Positions 51,309-63,421 of a DNA stretch of 64,000 nucleotides are shown here, one piece after another. Position numbers and translations under genes: made by a program. This stretch comes from Lama glama. Its lineage: Eukaryota. The notes beneath the pieces are model-generated. The model was not told the origin of the DNA. It searched no databases and saw only the letters and a program-made list of their open reading frames with translations. The stretch spans positions 77,006,001-77,070,000 of the forward strand of contig CM052816.1 of the NCBI GenBank assembly GCA_028534125.1. Reading direction: 5' to 3'. How positions within the stretch are numbered: the stretch's first letter is position 1; the number at the start of each line of letters is the position of its first letter.

Positions 51309-51549
51309 CTGGAGGAGGAGAAAGAAAGGGATGTTTTTCATGAGTACTTTTTCCTAAAAGGAATACAAATAAGTTTTACATGTTAATTAATCCTCAAACT
51401 CTATTTGTGCAAGATTCAATATGAATTCTGCCTGACCAGGGTGGGGGAGGGGGAGGGGACACCAACCAACCAACCAGCCAACCAACTCTGGGAACCATTT
51501 GCCCTCAACACTTGTGACCCAAATGCATTACCTCTTCTGACAGATTGGA

Positions 51550-51938
51550 TCATCACTCCCAGTTCTTCACTCCCTCCCTGTGGGAGAATTACACTCCACA
51601 CCCTTGGGGAGTGGGGGCTCCGCCACGTGACTTGGTTCGGCCAGTGGAAGGTGAGTAGTTGTCATGCTGGTAGCTGCTTTAGGCATACTTATAGTTGGCT
51701 TTCTCTCTGGTGCTCCTGTGAGCCATCCTGAGAAGAGGTGGTCCCTCACAGCCACTGTCCCTTCAGCCTGAGACCCCATGGTAAAGCTGCCAGGAGCAAA
51801 CCTAAACCTGCCTGAAGCCTGGCGTCCCGCCTAGCCCACCCTACATCAGCCAAGCCCAGAGCATCAAAAACAAGATTGGGTTTTTTGTGCTGCTGAGACT
51901 TTGAGGTATTTTGTTACACATCACGAATTGACTAATGC
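51550..51938 (+). mobile_element. Old MLT1 (H/I/J-like) LTR
   Basis: gccacgtgacttggttcggccagtggaa...ctgagactttgaggtattttgttaca...tgactaatgca. Confidence 0.65.
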
Positions 51939-54144
51939 ACCCCTTTCTCGTTAATCTCTGATAAAGTTGGCTGAATAAGTCCTAACCAGAGGTAATTATT
52001 CCATTTGTATTTCTCAGATACATCAATCTGTGCTCCATTTTCTTTAATGCCCATCTTCCTGTTCCCACGGCCCACAAGTCCACCAATGAATAGTTCAGCT
52101 GGCTTGGAAAACACCCTCTTTTACAAAAGCAAACCACATAGGGGCTGGGCGTTGGAGGCTGACAGTCATTCACATGGACAAGTATTTCTGTTCAATCCCC
52201 TTGCCACCCTGCTCTCTCCTCTCCCCAGCCCCAACCCCGCTGCCCTGGCAAGAATGGGGCCTGACATGGGTGTGGTGGGTAACGCTGGAGTTTGGTCAGG
52301 GAGGGGGCCAGAACCTCCTGATGCCACCACCGAAGAATAAATACCTTGCTCTCAAGATCAGTACTTCTGATGCCTACAGTTGGTCTTAACATTTGGTTAA
52401 ATCATGGATTTATAATGTATCTGAGAACAAGCTGGGGATCTAACCCCTAGTAGTTTCCAAACCTCAAAGTTTTGCTCAACTTTTTACTGATGCACACAGC
52501 ATGTGCTAAGTGTACAGCTCGAAGAATTTCCGCAAAAAAAAAAAAAAAAAAAAAAGAATTTCCACAAACTAAACACACCCCCCGTAACCAGTATCCGGAT
52601 CGAGAAAAAGAACATGTCCAGCTTCCCCAGGGAGTGCCCGGCGTCCCCATCAGGCATTCTCCCCTCCCCAAGGTAACCCCCTTCTTGTCCTTCAGCCACC
52701 TAGACGGCCCTCGTCTCCTGTCCTCTAGACGCGGAGTCGTGCCGCGAGGGCGGGCCTGCCTTCTGTCACTCGGCACTGCCCCTGTGACTTCTCCGCACTG
52801 TTTGTAGCTGTGGACCACACTCTCATGGCTGTAATCAGGCAGCAATTTATTTTCCTTCTCCATAATAATCAGTGTAGTCAACAGAGTCACAGCCAAGGCT
52901 AAGGAGGTTTAGTGTGAGTAAAGGAGATAAATGAAACCCAGAAAATATACCTGGAATAAAGATAATTATATGTATTATCTGTGTGTGTGTGTGTCTGTGT
53001 GTGTAACACACACACTTCTACCAGCCGAGTAAATACCAAAGCTGGAACAAAAATAGCCTGGAAATTTAAAATTCACTCCAAAATGGTAAGCCTGCTCAAG
53101 TAGTATGAATTGTTGACTGAAATCTTGAACTGGCTCTGAGAGCTCTGGCCTTTGGCTGAGAGCCCCCAGGTGATGTTTTAGGCTAGCAGTGATCAGTGTT
53201 GAGGGCGCCAGGCTGCCACCGTGGTCATGAGCATCCTCATCACGAGTCAGGGCACCCAGGGCCAGCAGCTGTGTGTGCCTGGAGGGGCCACCCCATCCCC
53301 GCAGCTCCGCCTTCAGCCCCACCCTGCACGGAGGGCAGTAGGTAACTCAGGCAGACATTTTAGCCTGTTTGCTTTTCACGGAGGATTATCTCAAAACGTC
53401 CCTTCCTGCGTGGACCTTCCATGAGTCCCTATTTGCCACCTACCTTCTCCTGCTTCCTCCCCCACCTTCCTGTTTGTTGGCGGTCAGGGTTTTCTGGGAG
53501 AATCTTACTGACCAGGAGCCGGTTTCCGCCATTCTTCTCCCTCCCTCTTCTTTCTCCATCTTTCAAGCCAAATACGTTTTGAAAGGATGGCTCTTCCTTT
53601 ATCTCACCCTTTCTCCACCAATCTGCAAACCCAGGGTCTGTGAACCAACACTACCTGCGCCACCGCACCATCTAGTGCCCCCCAAGGGGCAGAGTCAGGA
53701 AGCAAGTAATTTACCAAGTCATTCAGCACCGAGGGACACCAGCCAGAAGGTCTGGTTGCAGGAAAACACCCCTGCTCCACCCCCTGCCTCCTCGCAAGAC
53801 AGAACTCAGGGCTTTTCCGAGGTCAACACTAAAATACACAATCTGTGATTTTCAAACTATTCAGGGACTGAGTTCCAGAGAAGTGCCTCAGGGGCCACTG
53901 TGAGAAGCAAGAGGAAGCTCCCAGGTCATAGGTCGGTTGGATTAGCTTCACTCATCTGTTTCATGTAGTGGGATTCTGTGTCGCATTTTTTTTTTCTTTT
54001 GTGAAACAATTTCATCAAGAGAAAGACAAAGACAGAAAGGCAGAGAAGAAAGGTTTAAAAATTCCTGATCTAGACAAAGCCCACGGCCATGTGCTAGTTT
54101 CCCAGGAACCCCTAAAGGAAGAGTTCTGATTTGGAAAAACTCAC

Positions 54145-54312
54145 AGTATTCATCCGGGGTCGTGACCTTTGTGAAGGTGTCCACGGGGCCGCTGCCAGCA
54201 CTTGTGTATGGGGTGACGAGAAACTCGTAGACGGATTCGGGCTGTAGGTTTTCCATAACAAATGTCTTTTGTTCTGGGTTGTCGATTCTGTGTTGGCAAC
54301 AAGCTGACTTAT
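54145..54312 (-). CDS. OSMR: OSMR exon 15, DKSACCQHRIDNPEQKTFVMENLQPESVYEFLVTPYTSAGSGPVDTFTKVTTPDEY
   Basis: minus strand gcag|AT...ACT|gtgagt; 168 nt. Confidence 0.95.
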
Positions 54313-54882
54313 CTGCGGTTTTCAAAAAAAAAAAATTTTTTTTCAAGAAGAAAAAATTCTTAAGAGTGTGTTAGAAATCTTGTGAGAGAGTTGGGCACTG
54401 ATAACTCATGTTGACTCAGCACTGCCAACAATTCTAAACCAGCCTCCAATATGAAATCCTAATTTCATCACACCGGGGACACTGGCCAAGTGTTCAGGAG
54501 AGAGCAAGGAAAGCCAACACTCCACCAAAGGATTTCACTCTTCCCAGGGAGCACGCAAACCTGCAAGCGAGAGTAATCGCTTGCAAGAGCTACTTCAAAT
54601 GCACTGTGGTAAGTTTGAACAAAGTCAAAGAAAATAAGGTTAGCCAGGAAGTTTCCTAAGTGGGAAGTTTTCTTAAGGAGCTTCAAGTCCTTGTCTTTAA
54701 GGAAAAAATCTTGGCCCCCATCATTTTGTCCACCCTACTAATCTGTTTAGGAATAGCATTCAACCATAAAAGCACAGGAGCACAGGGTTCATCCTGGCCA
54801 CGGGATGGCAGGCAGTCTTCCCAATGATTTCAAATAATGAGATCTTGAAACCATAAACAAACCTAAAAAAAAGAAAACTTAC

Positions 54883-55059
54883 CTGAAAGAGTTGCCTTTT
54901 TGAACCCCGGGTGGCACTCCTTCTCTGCCTTGGATCTCAGGTAGACATAGTACCCTTGTATAAAACCGGGCTGGGAGTCAGTGGAATAGTCCTTCCAACT
55001 CAGAGTGAAAGAGTGGGAGGTCAAGTTACTCACGACCACTTGAGGGTTGTCTGAAGGAG
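54883..55059 (-). CDS. OSMR: OSMR exon 14, [59 protein letters not shown]
   Basis: minus strand ctag|CT...CAG|gtaagt; 177 nt. Confidence 0.95.
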
Positions 55060-56545
55060 CTAGGGAAGGAAGTGGCGATGATGTAAGAGCCGGGGTTTGG
55101 AAACAGCCTCAGAGCACTCATGTAAACCAGGAGTGGAGCCACAGCCAAGCCCAGGGATGCTCACACCAAGTGAAGGAGCCATCCTTTTCTCTGGGGGCAG
55201 GGTGTGGGGTGGTATGACTTGACGTAGTGGGTAGGAGCTGGCAAGGGGATGGGCAAGCGTCTTAAGTCTTGCCTCTCAGATGTAGAAATGGATGCCCAGA
55301 GAGGCTCAGTAACTTGTGTGAAGTCATACAGCGAGAAAGAGAATAAAGGCTTTCCTAAACTTCACCCTTCTCCTGAATTCTAAACAGTATTTGAGAGCAC
55401 GAACTACAAGTGGAAGGAACGGGGCAAGGTGGGGGGGGTGCGGGGGAGGAAGGGTGATGTTGGAGGAGGTGAGGGCGGATCTGAAGAACTCTAGTTCTCA
55501 GGCTGTGGTAACGCACCGCTGTCAAAGCGTCACTGAAGAATCGGGACGCGTTTATCCTGAAGGCTTCCGTGAGCCTGTGTCAGCACAGATGCGGGTGCAC
55601 ACCTGGCATATGCCGCCGGCGCACACACCAACACACCCCTCCCGTCTGTCTCGGGCAGCTCCTACCAAACAGGGAACCCCGAGACCTGATCTCATCGGTG
55701 CGTGACAACGGAGGACCCAGCCGCCCTGCTTCCAGGGGGTGTGATTCTGGGATGCCGAGAAGGTGATCAAGCCCCCCCCCCCACACACTGCTGGTGGCAT
55801 CGTGGCACAGGTTCTGGGGGCGGCGATGTAACAGTATCTATCAAAAGTCTTAAAAATTGTATTTAAGAAGTTCAAACATCTTGGTTCAAGTATTCTACCT
55901 CTAAGACTTCATTTAAAAACCATTATCGTGGCAATGGACAAAGATTTAACTAAATTGATGGTAGTCAGGGTATGAGAGATTCAGCCAAGTAAAAAGAGAG
56001 ACTGAGTATTTGAGACTGGAAGATAACTGAGGGTGGATTTTAGCTTTTAGTTGAAAAATACTGTAATTATCCTAAATGTCCTATGATAGGTGACGTGACA
56101 TACGCAAACCACAAGGCATGTGCAGTCATAAAAAATGATACAGTTAAATAATATTTAGTGATACAAGTCAAAAAGCACTTTGCAAACTGCACAGGGTAAG
56201 ATCCCGTTTTTATTTAAAATGTGTATCTGTACAGAGAAAGGATACACGTAAAATGTTATTAACTCTGGATATTTACCTTTGGGTGACAAAGCTAGCAATG
56301 GTTTTTGTCTTCTTTTGTATAACATTTTATAATATATTATATTACAATATATTACTTATATTTTTAATAAAAATGTTCTACAGTTGTATGATTAAAAATA
56401 ATTTTAAAATAAACTCCAATTATCAGAGTAAATGGGAAACTGAAAATTAGGAAAGGTGTTGAAATCTTCCTAAACCCAAAGCAAAGAGTCTCTGGATTGT
56501 TCTGAACAAGTTTGCCCATGGAGACATTAAGTGCTTTAAACTTAC

Positions 56546-56650
56546 CCAGTTCCTTCAAGTATCCTGCCTTTTTCTCCAATAAATAAGCCATCCTTTCTGT
56601 AGAAATTTCATAAATTCTGAAGTTGTACCGAACCCCTGGTCTAAAAGCAC
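56546..56650 (-). CDS. OSMR: OSMR exon 13, [35 protein letters not shown]
   Basis: minus strand ctag|GT...TGG|gtaagt; 105 nt. Confidence 0.95.
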
Positions 56651-57183
56651 CTAGAGAAGGAAAACCAGATTTTCAGTAACACAGAATGACATTCTCTTTA
56701 CTTCTGAAGAGAAAAAGAATGAAAAATGAATTTGTGTCTTTGTAATAATTTCCTCCTTAAGGTTTCTGCCTTTCATCCCCACTGTGTTCCCTCCTTCTGC
56801 GGAGCCTTGGAATTCTCCATCATTTCCGATGATGCCTGGGGGCTGTCCTCTACATCGTCCTCTCCTCAAGAGCTCTGAGACACGCCCTTATCCAGGTGTA
56901 GGAAACTGGGTGCAGAATTTGTCTAAGTCCTGTAAAACTCTCCTTTGACTCCAAATCCCCTGCCAATGACTTCTCCTTTCCCATGAAGGCCAGGCACCTG
57001 GAAGGTTTGCTTCCACAAACTCATCTTTCCCTCACGTGGCGCCTCTGCAGTCCACCCTCAGCACCCACCAGGCCACTGACACTGCTCAAGCCAAGACTCC
57101 TCACTCCCCAAGGGCAGCTGGATGCCCTCCAGTGGCCTCTGTCAACCACCCTCTGGACCAGATGATACCCACATTTTTATCTA

Positions 57184-57202
57184 AGCCCAGCAGATGGCGC
57201 CA
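57184..57202 (+). promoter_or_regulatory. Candidate CTCF binding site in OSMR intron 12
   Basis: CCAGCAGATGGCGCC matches the CTCF core consensus CCASYAGRKGGCRSY at all 15 positions. Confidence 0.55.
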
Positions 57203-57704
57203 CCAACCCTCTGCTGAAGCCACAAACCCAGGCTCCTCTGGCTGCTACACTAGCAATCTTGAAATTACAAATCTAACGTGGGAGGTAGGAGACCAAGTTC
57301 TACACGCTCCACTGAAGTCAAAAGACTTGATGATCGATTCCCATCAAGTCTACGTATACGTCTCCCAAATCCATAAGCTTCTTTGCTTTTGTAAGAGCTC
57401 TCAGGACAACTATTATGCTGTCTCTCTGCCATTCACCTGGGACTGCTGAGCTACAGGAACAAATTCAAGAACATCGTGAACACGTATCCCAGCATTAGGT
57501 CTGGATATTCTCTGTAAAAGTAGATTTAAAGATGCAATCTTAGGCCACATCATTGCAAAATCTGAACTCCTAGGACCCATGCTGGATGTGTAATTTCAAT
57601 TTTACTGGTTGAGCACAAAGTATCTTTGAGATGGTCCAGAAATCCTAGTTGAACTTGCTGCCAGGTGGATGGAGTGAGATGGTAACACGGAAGGTTCTCT
57701 TTAC

Positions 57705-57884
57705 CTGAGCTGATGACTGTGCTTGTGGTGTTGGAGCTGAGGTTTTTCCACTGGAGATCACAGGGCAGGTCCTGGGGATGGTCACACCACTCCACCACGT
57801 AGCCGATGGCCTTTCCGGATTGGGGTTTCCAAGACACAGAAAATCCATCCTCTGTACCATTAATTCTTTCTTCTTCAGCCTCTT
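57705..57884 (-). CDS. OSMR: OSMR exon 12, [36 protein letters not shown]...NTTSTVISS
   Basis: minus strand acag|AA...CAG|gtaaag; 180 nt. Confidence 0.95.
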
Positions 57885-58162
57885 CTGTACATTACAAATA
57901 GGGCAATGCTTCAGATTTAATTTGTTGTACATTTTGCCAAAGTATCGAAAGAAGAAAAGAAATCTGAACACGCAGTCTGTCTCTCAGGTAAGAGCCCTAC
58001 TACTTCAGTCGCTGTGGGGCCCGCGGTGGGGTCGGGAGGGACGGGTTTTTCTTTTTTCATGAGTGTTTTTCTGCCTCTCACTTACCAGCAGAATTTCACA
58101 CCTGCCCTTCAGATGCCCTTGTTCTGACCTGCTGAGACCCAAAGGGAAGTCAGCCCCTAAAA

Positions 58163-58375
58163 CAAGGAACAGCAAACCACCGCTAGCAGGACAAATCCAG
58201 CCTCCAAAGCTTGTTTTTATAGGACCCTTGAGTGAAAAATGGTTTTACGATTTATAAAGAGCTGTAAAAACACAAACAAACAAGGAATATAGAATATGGA
58301 ATGGAGACCGTCTGGCTTACAAAGCCCCGATTACTTACTACCTGCCCTTAAACCAAAAAGGTTGCTGATCCTTGA
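58163..58375. mobile_element. MER58-like hAT MITE
   Basis: cagcaaac...caaatccagcct...aaagccccga.tacttactacctgcccttaaaccaaaaaggttgctgatccttg. Confidence 0.7.
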
Positions 58376-58671
58376 CCGAGGGCTGTGTCCGGTACTTGAT
58401 CTGCTTTCAAAAATTGTCTGCTGAATGAATGACTAATTCAGCTTAACTCCCCCACATAATGCTGGCTGCCCCTGAACTAACTCCTGTCTCTGAGATGTCA
58501 GGGGGTAGAAACTGAGGTGACTGCAGAGGAAAAAAAGAAAAAACACTTCAGAGGTGGACTAAGTCGGATTATTCAAGGATGGGCACGCTACTTATGACCT
58601 GGACGCCACCTCAGTGTATTTAATGTGCCAGGGCAGTTTTCCTAAGATCTGACAATTAGAAAAAGGGTGAC

Positions 58672-58744
58672 ACTCGAAATTTACCTGTTGTTTATCTGCA
58701 ATTCAAGTTTAACTTGGCATCGTGTGTTTAATCTGGCAATTCTA
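58672..58744. mobile_element. MER53-like fragment
   Basis: ttgtttatctgcaattcaagtttaact...atctggcaattcta. Confidence 0.6.
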
Positions 58745-59221
58745 ATGAAAGCTGAACATTGATATGAAAGCCAGGTACTACTAAATATTCTAGGGCACCA
58801 AACTGTCGTCCAGCTGGGAGCACCCAAAGGAATGTGTAGCCCAAGGTGTAAGGCAAGCGGTTCCCCATATAATAAATGCAAATCATATTTCGTAAGCCAC
58901 AAAGCATGTTCAGACCAACCCTAACTCTCAGTTAGGGCTGTGTGTTGATGTTACATTTATTTGAATAAATCTGAGATCACTTCCCAAGTTTGTGGGCAAA
59001 TCTCCGGGGCAGAAATGTCCTGAACTATGACTGAAATCTTCCCACACTGAGGACTGTCCCAGGAAACCCGCGGACATGCCTGGACCTAAAGCAGGTAACT
59101 GTCAGTGTTCGGCAGCTAGATCTTTTGTCTCCCCAAATACTCTTTCCAGTTTCTCCATCTCTACCTCGTAACACCATCCACATCTTCCTAGAGAAACAAA
59201 ACATAACAAAACAAAACTCAC

Positions 59222-59444
59222 CATTTCCAGGGTCCCCAGAAACGACAATCACAGAAGCAGGAGATGGGCCCGCACTATTGAGAGCTGTGACGTGGATCTG
59301 GTAGGAGTACTGGTCAAGGGTCAGTTCTGTGCCATTGGCCGTGGCCGGAACGGAGTGGACCTCTAACCTGGATGGTCTGTCTAGATTTTCCACAATGACA
59401 TTGTAGGACAGGATCTTCCCGTTGGCGTGCAATTTTGATAGGGG
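59222..59444 (-). CDS. OSMR: OSMR exon 11, [22 protein letters not shown]...[16 protein letters not shown]
   Basis: minus strand tcag|CCC...ATG|gtgagt; 223 nt; ORF 59025..59432. Confidence 0.95.
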
Positions 59445-60182
59445 CTGAAAAAGATATTGATAATCATTTCAAAATGATTAGTTTTCTTAATTAATGGGAA
59501 GGCTTTCTCACTGAGTGTTTTTTCAAATCCAGGCTAAACAGTCCCCTTTTCTCTTGATTTCTGCCTAGGTCCCTCTTCTCTGGATACAATCTGCTTTTGA
59601 ACTCACCCCAAAACGGTCCTATTTTTTATTCAGTTTGGTTAGAATAGACTGTCTGATTTCAAGCTTGGCTTAGAGGGTTATTTTCTCTATTAAACTACTT
59701 TAATTTGCTGTGTGTGTTTGTGCAAGGCAACTGAGGGACAGAATAGATGAAAAAGTAATTAAGCAAACAGGGTCTCATGCAGGCACGTTAGTCAAGGTTG
59801 AAGGACAAGACTGATTTTATATTACAGTTTTTCAGCTTGACTTACAACTTTTAAATGTAAATCCTCTGACATATTTAAATATGCATGACACGTAAGTGTG
59901 GTCTGCGCCTCTCCACTTAGCCTCCAACCCTGGGCCCTGCAAATGTCAGGCACAGGCCTGAGGGGAGGTGACGGAGATGCGGGTTCTAACAATCAGAGCT
60001 GGCCATCCAGGCTATGGGCGGCCAAGGAAGGAGTTAGCAGGGACGTGGATGTGGGGCAGGTAGGAAATTCTACTGGATGCGTGTGAAGATCCGTCCTAAT
60101 CAGAAGGCTGCACCAATACCCAGTTTCGGTGAAAGACACAGCACTAAGCAAAAACCTGTCTTTTTGAATCTGTGCGTCTTAC

Positions 60183-60259
60183 CTTCCAGAATAAAGTCAC
60201 AGTAGGATGTCCTGACACCGACTTCACATTTCTCCAGACATCAAGAGACTCTGAGGGAG
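60183..60259 (-). CDS. OSMR: OSMR exon 10, APSESLDVWRNVKSVSGHPTVTLFWK
   Basis: minus strand ccag|CT...AAG|gtaaga; 77 nt. Confidence 0.93.
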
Positions 60260-61999
60260 CTGGAATCAACCAAAGAGAAGCTCTGGGTCACAATATGCAT
60301 GTAAAGCAATACATCCAACCTTTCCCTGGTTCGGTCGACAAAGCGACGATGGCCTGTCCCAGCTGAGGCCTGCCTCTCACTGTTCCACTCTGTGGCTTCT
60401 ACCCACTGGTCCGCGGCCACAGTGTCCATGCCTCACTCGGGGCACACACAGGTGCTTTACAAAAGGTCTGCTACATCTGAATGGGACATCACACTGGGCC
60501 TTTAGGAACCTCAAGCCTCAGAGTTTCTGGAAGCTACCAAGGAGTTTTGGAATCATGTATCAGTCCAATTCGAGGAGGTTAGTTATGTTAATTTCCCAGT
60601 TTAGCAATTTCTAGGAGCAGCAAACCGTTGCTACTTCCTTGCCCCATTTGTGAAGGTTGTAATGGAGGCGCTTCATCGGGGAGCCCGGGCCCTGCACACC
60701 GGCTGGCCCCTCGCTGGGGTCATAGCTGGGACGAGCGCCCCCGAGCTCCTGGCCTGAGCCTGGGGCAGCTGCCTGCGTGTGGACCCTCAGGGCACCGGCT
60801 ACGCGCCTCCCCCCGTCATGACTCTCATCACTGTTGTTCTAGAAGAGCTTGCCACCTTGTCTTTCCTGCCAGTAAACTGTAGCACAAGTGATTTGTGATT
60901 TGATTCAACACATCTCTATGCAGGAAGAGTTGATTTTGGAACATAACACATAGAGACTAAACTGTTTTATAAAAATATAGTTTTCAATTTCCAATCATTG
61001 AAATTTAAGTCAGTCCTTTTTTTTTTTCCATTTAGTTTCTGACACTTTCTACTCGACTTAAAGGTGACCCTCGTTTTAAAAAATCTGTGAAAGGCAGATT
61101 TCAATTTGCTAAGCCATCAGAGAAGCCGATATTAAGTCAAAAACTTATTGAAATACTCAGGCACAATATGGAATCCCAAGTTCAATGCAAAATCTTCAGC
61201 TGGTTTATAAACTACCACTTGCAAGAAAAGAGAACAGCAGCGCAGCTGACGGTGCTCCACATTTCTGTCAATATAACTTCTCCCGTGGTGTCACTTAGCT
61301 CTGCCCACTATGATTCTGCTTATGCAGGATTATAATACACATAAACTTTGCCATTTCCAGCATCAAGTAAAGTGTCATCAGAGGTTAAAAAAAAACTCTA
61401 TAGATTCACCATCTTGTCATCATCAAAAGCACACTTGTTATTTTCAGTTTATTAGACTATAATCTAAAAGAAACAACTTACTAAAAACACTACCCTTTTG
61501 TCATTTTCCCCTTGCACTAAATTTTAGGTATAATATTGGAAGCAATTTGCAAAAAATCCCAAAGCAAAGCAGTAGTGATAAAGTAAACATTCTTTAATAA
61601 ACACAGCTAAGAAATAAACCACGTCACCATCAGGAACACGGATCTCAGTCACACGGATTCTTGAGGGGTCTACACCCCTGAGGAAAGGGATGGGTCTTGG
61701 TGGGGTATGAGGGTGGGTGGGGACTGCAGACATGGAGAGGAGGCCGGCTGAGCGCCTCTGGTGACCGGCCCCACCCCAGGTGTAGGTTTTGATGCACTTC
61801 TGTGCCACCCCCCTGATTAGAGTCGCTGCTTTAAAATAGTCCCTCCAGGCAGAAACACAAAGAGCCCTGCCAGCCTACAAACAATAAGATGAAATAAAAT
61901 AAGTATATGTAATCTTTCCTTAGGCAGTAAAATTGTCAGGACTTGAATCAACAAGATCTCAAGGCTGTAATGACACCCCCAAGAGACAAAACGCAGAGC

Positions 62000-62230
62000 C
62001 CAGTCTGGTTGAGGGTGGAGCTCAGAGTCAGACAGCCCAGCCCGGTGTGAGCCACGGTCACAGCTCAGTCACTGGCTGGCAGGGCAGTTAAACTCCTTCT
62101 CCTCATCTGCATGTCCTCATCTAGCCAGTGAGGAGACTAATGGAACTTCTGCACGCAGGGAGGATTAAAGAGAACACCGTGAGCCCTGGGAGCTTGTCTG
62201 GCACATGCTACACACTCAGTAAATGGGAAC
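62000..62230 (+). mobile_element. MIR SINE
   Basis: cagagtcagacagccc...ctggcacatgctacacactcagtaaatg. Confidence 0.6.
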
Positions 62231-62957
62231 CGCTCTGGTACTCCTGTTAGGTCTCGGCTGTTCATTAACTTGGCCAACCGGGCAAGTCTCCCCAATCTAT
62301 GGCCCAGGCTGCGTCAGGTAGACCGGGCAACAGCGTAATACTTTATTACCTGGAATTGGAAGGAGATGAAAGCAGGGCTGGGCCGTTCAACCTCCTGAGG
62401 TCTATTTGAGGTCTTAGACATAGTTATTTGGGAGAAAAGCTCCATGAATATTGAGGGAACGACCCCTGAGAGCATGACGGGAAGTTTGCTGTCGCTGGAT
62501 CAATGACTCAACAATAGTGATTTAAGGTTCCAAATATCATTACATTTCCAAACACAGCCCAAGGCTGTCTGGTATGAGATCAGGGCTTTCCTCAGCAGGA
62601 ACACTACTGTTTGTCCCTAATCCTGAATTAGAAGTCTATATTAATTGACACGCCCCAGATCCAATGGGAATCCAGCAATACCAGTAGCTTAAAAACCATT
62701 TTCACAAAATCAAAGATGAGAAAGAAAATGTCCAGTAGAAATATCTCGGATGGCAAATATTTAAGGTAGACGTCTTGCTACTCACATCTCATAAGGCATT
62801 TAATTCAGATTTGTTTCGTCTTTTAAAGATGGTTCCCAGCCTCTGCTGTAATACTTTCCTCTTAGTTTTTGGTACAACCAAAAGTTCTCCAGGAAGCCCA
62901 CCCACCTCCTGTGAGTGAGTTCAGACCCTTGGTTAGACGGCAGAGAGGTGCACATAC

Positions 62958-63111
62958 CAGCTTCAGCGGTGACGAATTTCTGACTTATCGATCCGCTCCA
63001 TTTCCAGAAGTGGTTGGCATCCGCACAGCGTACTCGGGCCGTATATTCTGTGTCCGGCTCCAGTTCACTTAAGAGGTACTCACCATTCTCCTTGATGGAA
63101 ACATTGTGTTG
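62958..63111 (-). CDS. OSMR: OSMR exon 9, [51 protein letters not shown]
   Basis: minus strand tcaag|CAA...CTG|gtatgt; 154 nt; position of the WSXWS box. Confidence 0.92.
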
Positions 63112-63421
63112 CTTGATTTAAAAAAAAAGAAAAGGAAAAAGAAGACAGAAGTACTGGTGAGCATACTTTATTTAAAGCCAAACCACACATGGAACGTCCT
63201 GATTTGGAGGAAGACTAGTTATTAGAGAGGAAAAAAAAAAACCTCTGAGGCCTTCTTCCTGACTCTTAAAATTGATGATTCATTTCCTGGACCTTTTTCA
63301 CAGATGACCCACACCATCTGAACCCACACAGGAAAAAGAGTTTAAAGAGATTGCATTCAGCAGCCTTTCTGTTCAAACATAAAGAAATTTTTGAAAATAG
63401 AAAATTAAGAAGTATTCTTAC

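Noticed and set aside
53671..53692. Second CTCF-like motif (and a partial one near 61750)
   Set aside because: Mismatches at high-information core positions.
59025..59221. Open read-through of OSMR exons 11, 12 and 8 into their introns
   Set aside because: Open stretches of 50-65 codons without a closely linked stop/poly(A) arrangement are unremarkable.
51400..61810. Many 60-160 aa ORFs on both strands in OSMR introns
   Set aside because: Expected in GC-richer DNA with alternative start codons; no recognisable domains or exon structure beyond the OSMR exons.
63109..63114. AAG acceptor giving one extra Gln in OSMR exon 9 relative to human
   Set aside because: Single-residue difference in a loop, plausibly the ancestral state; frame preserved.
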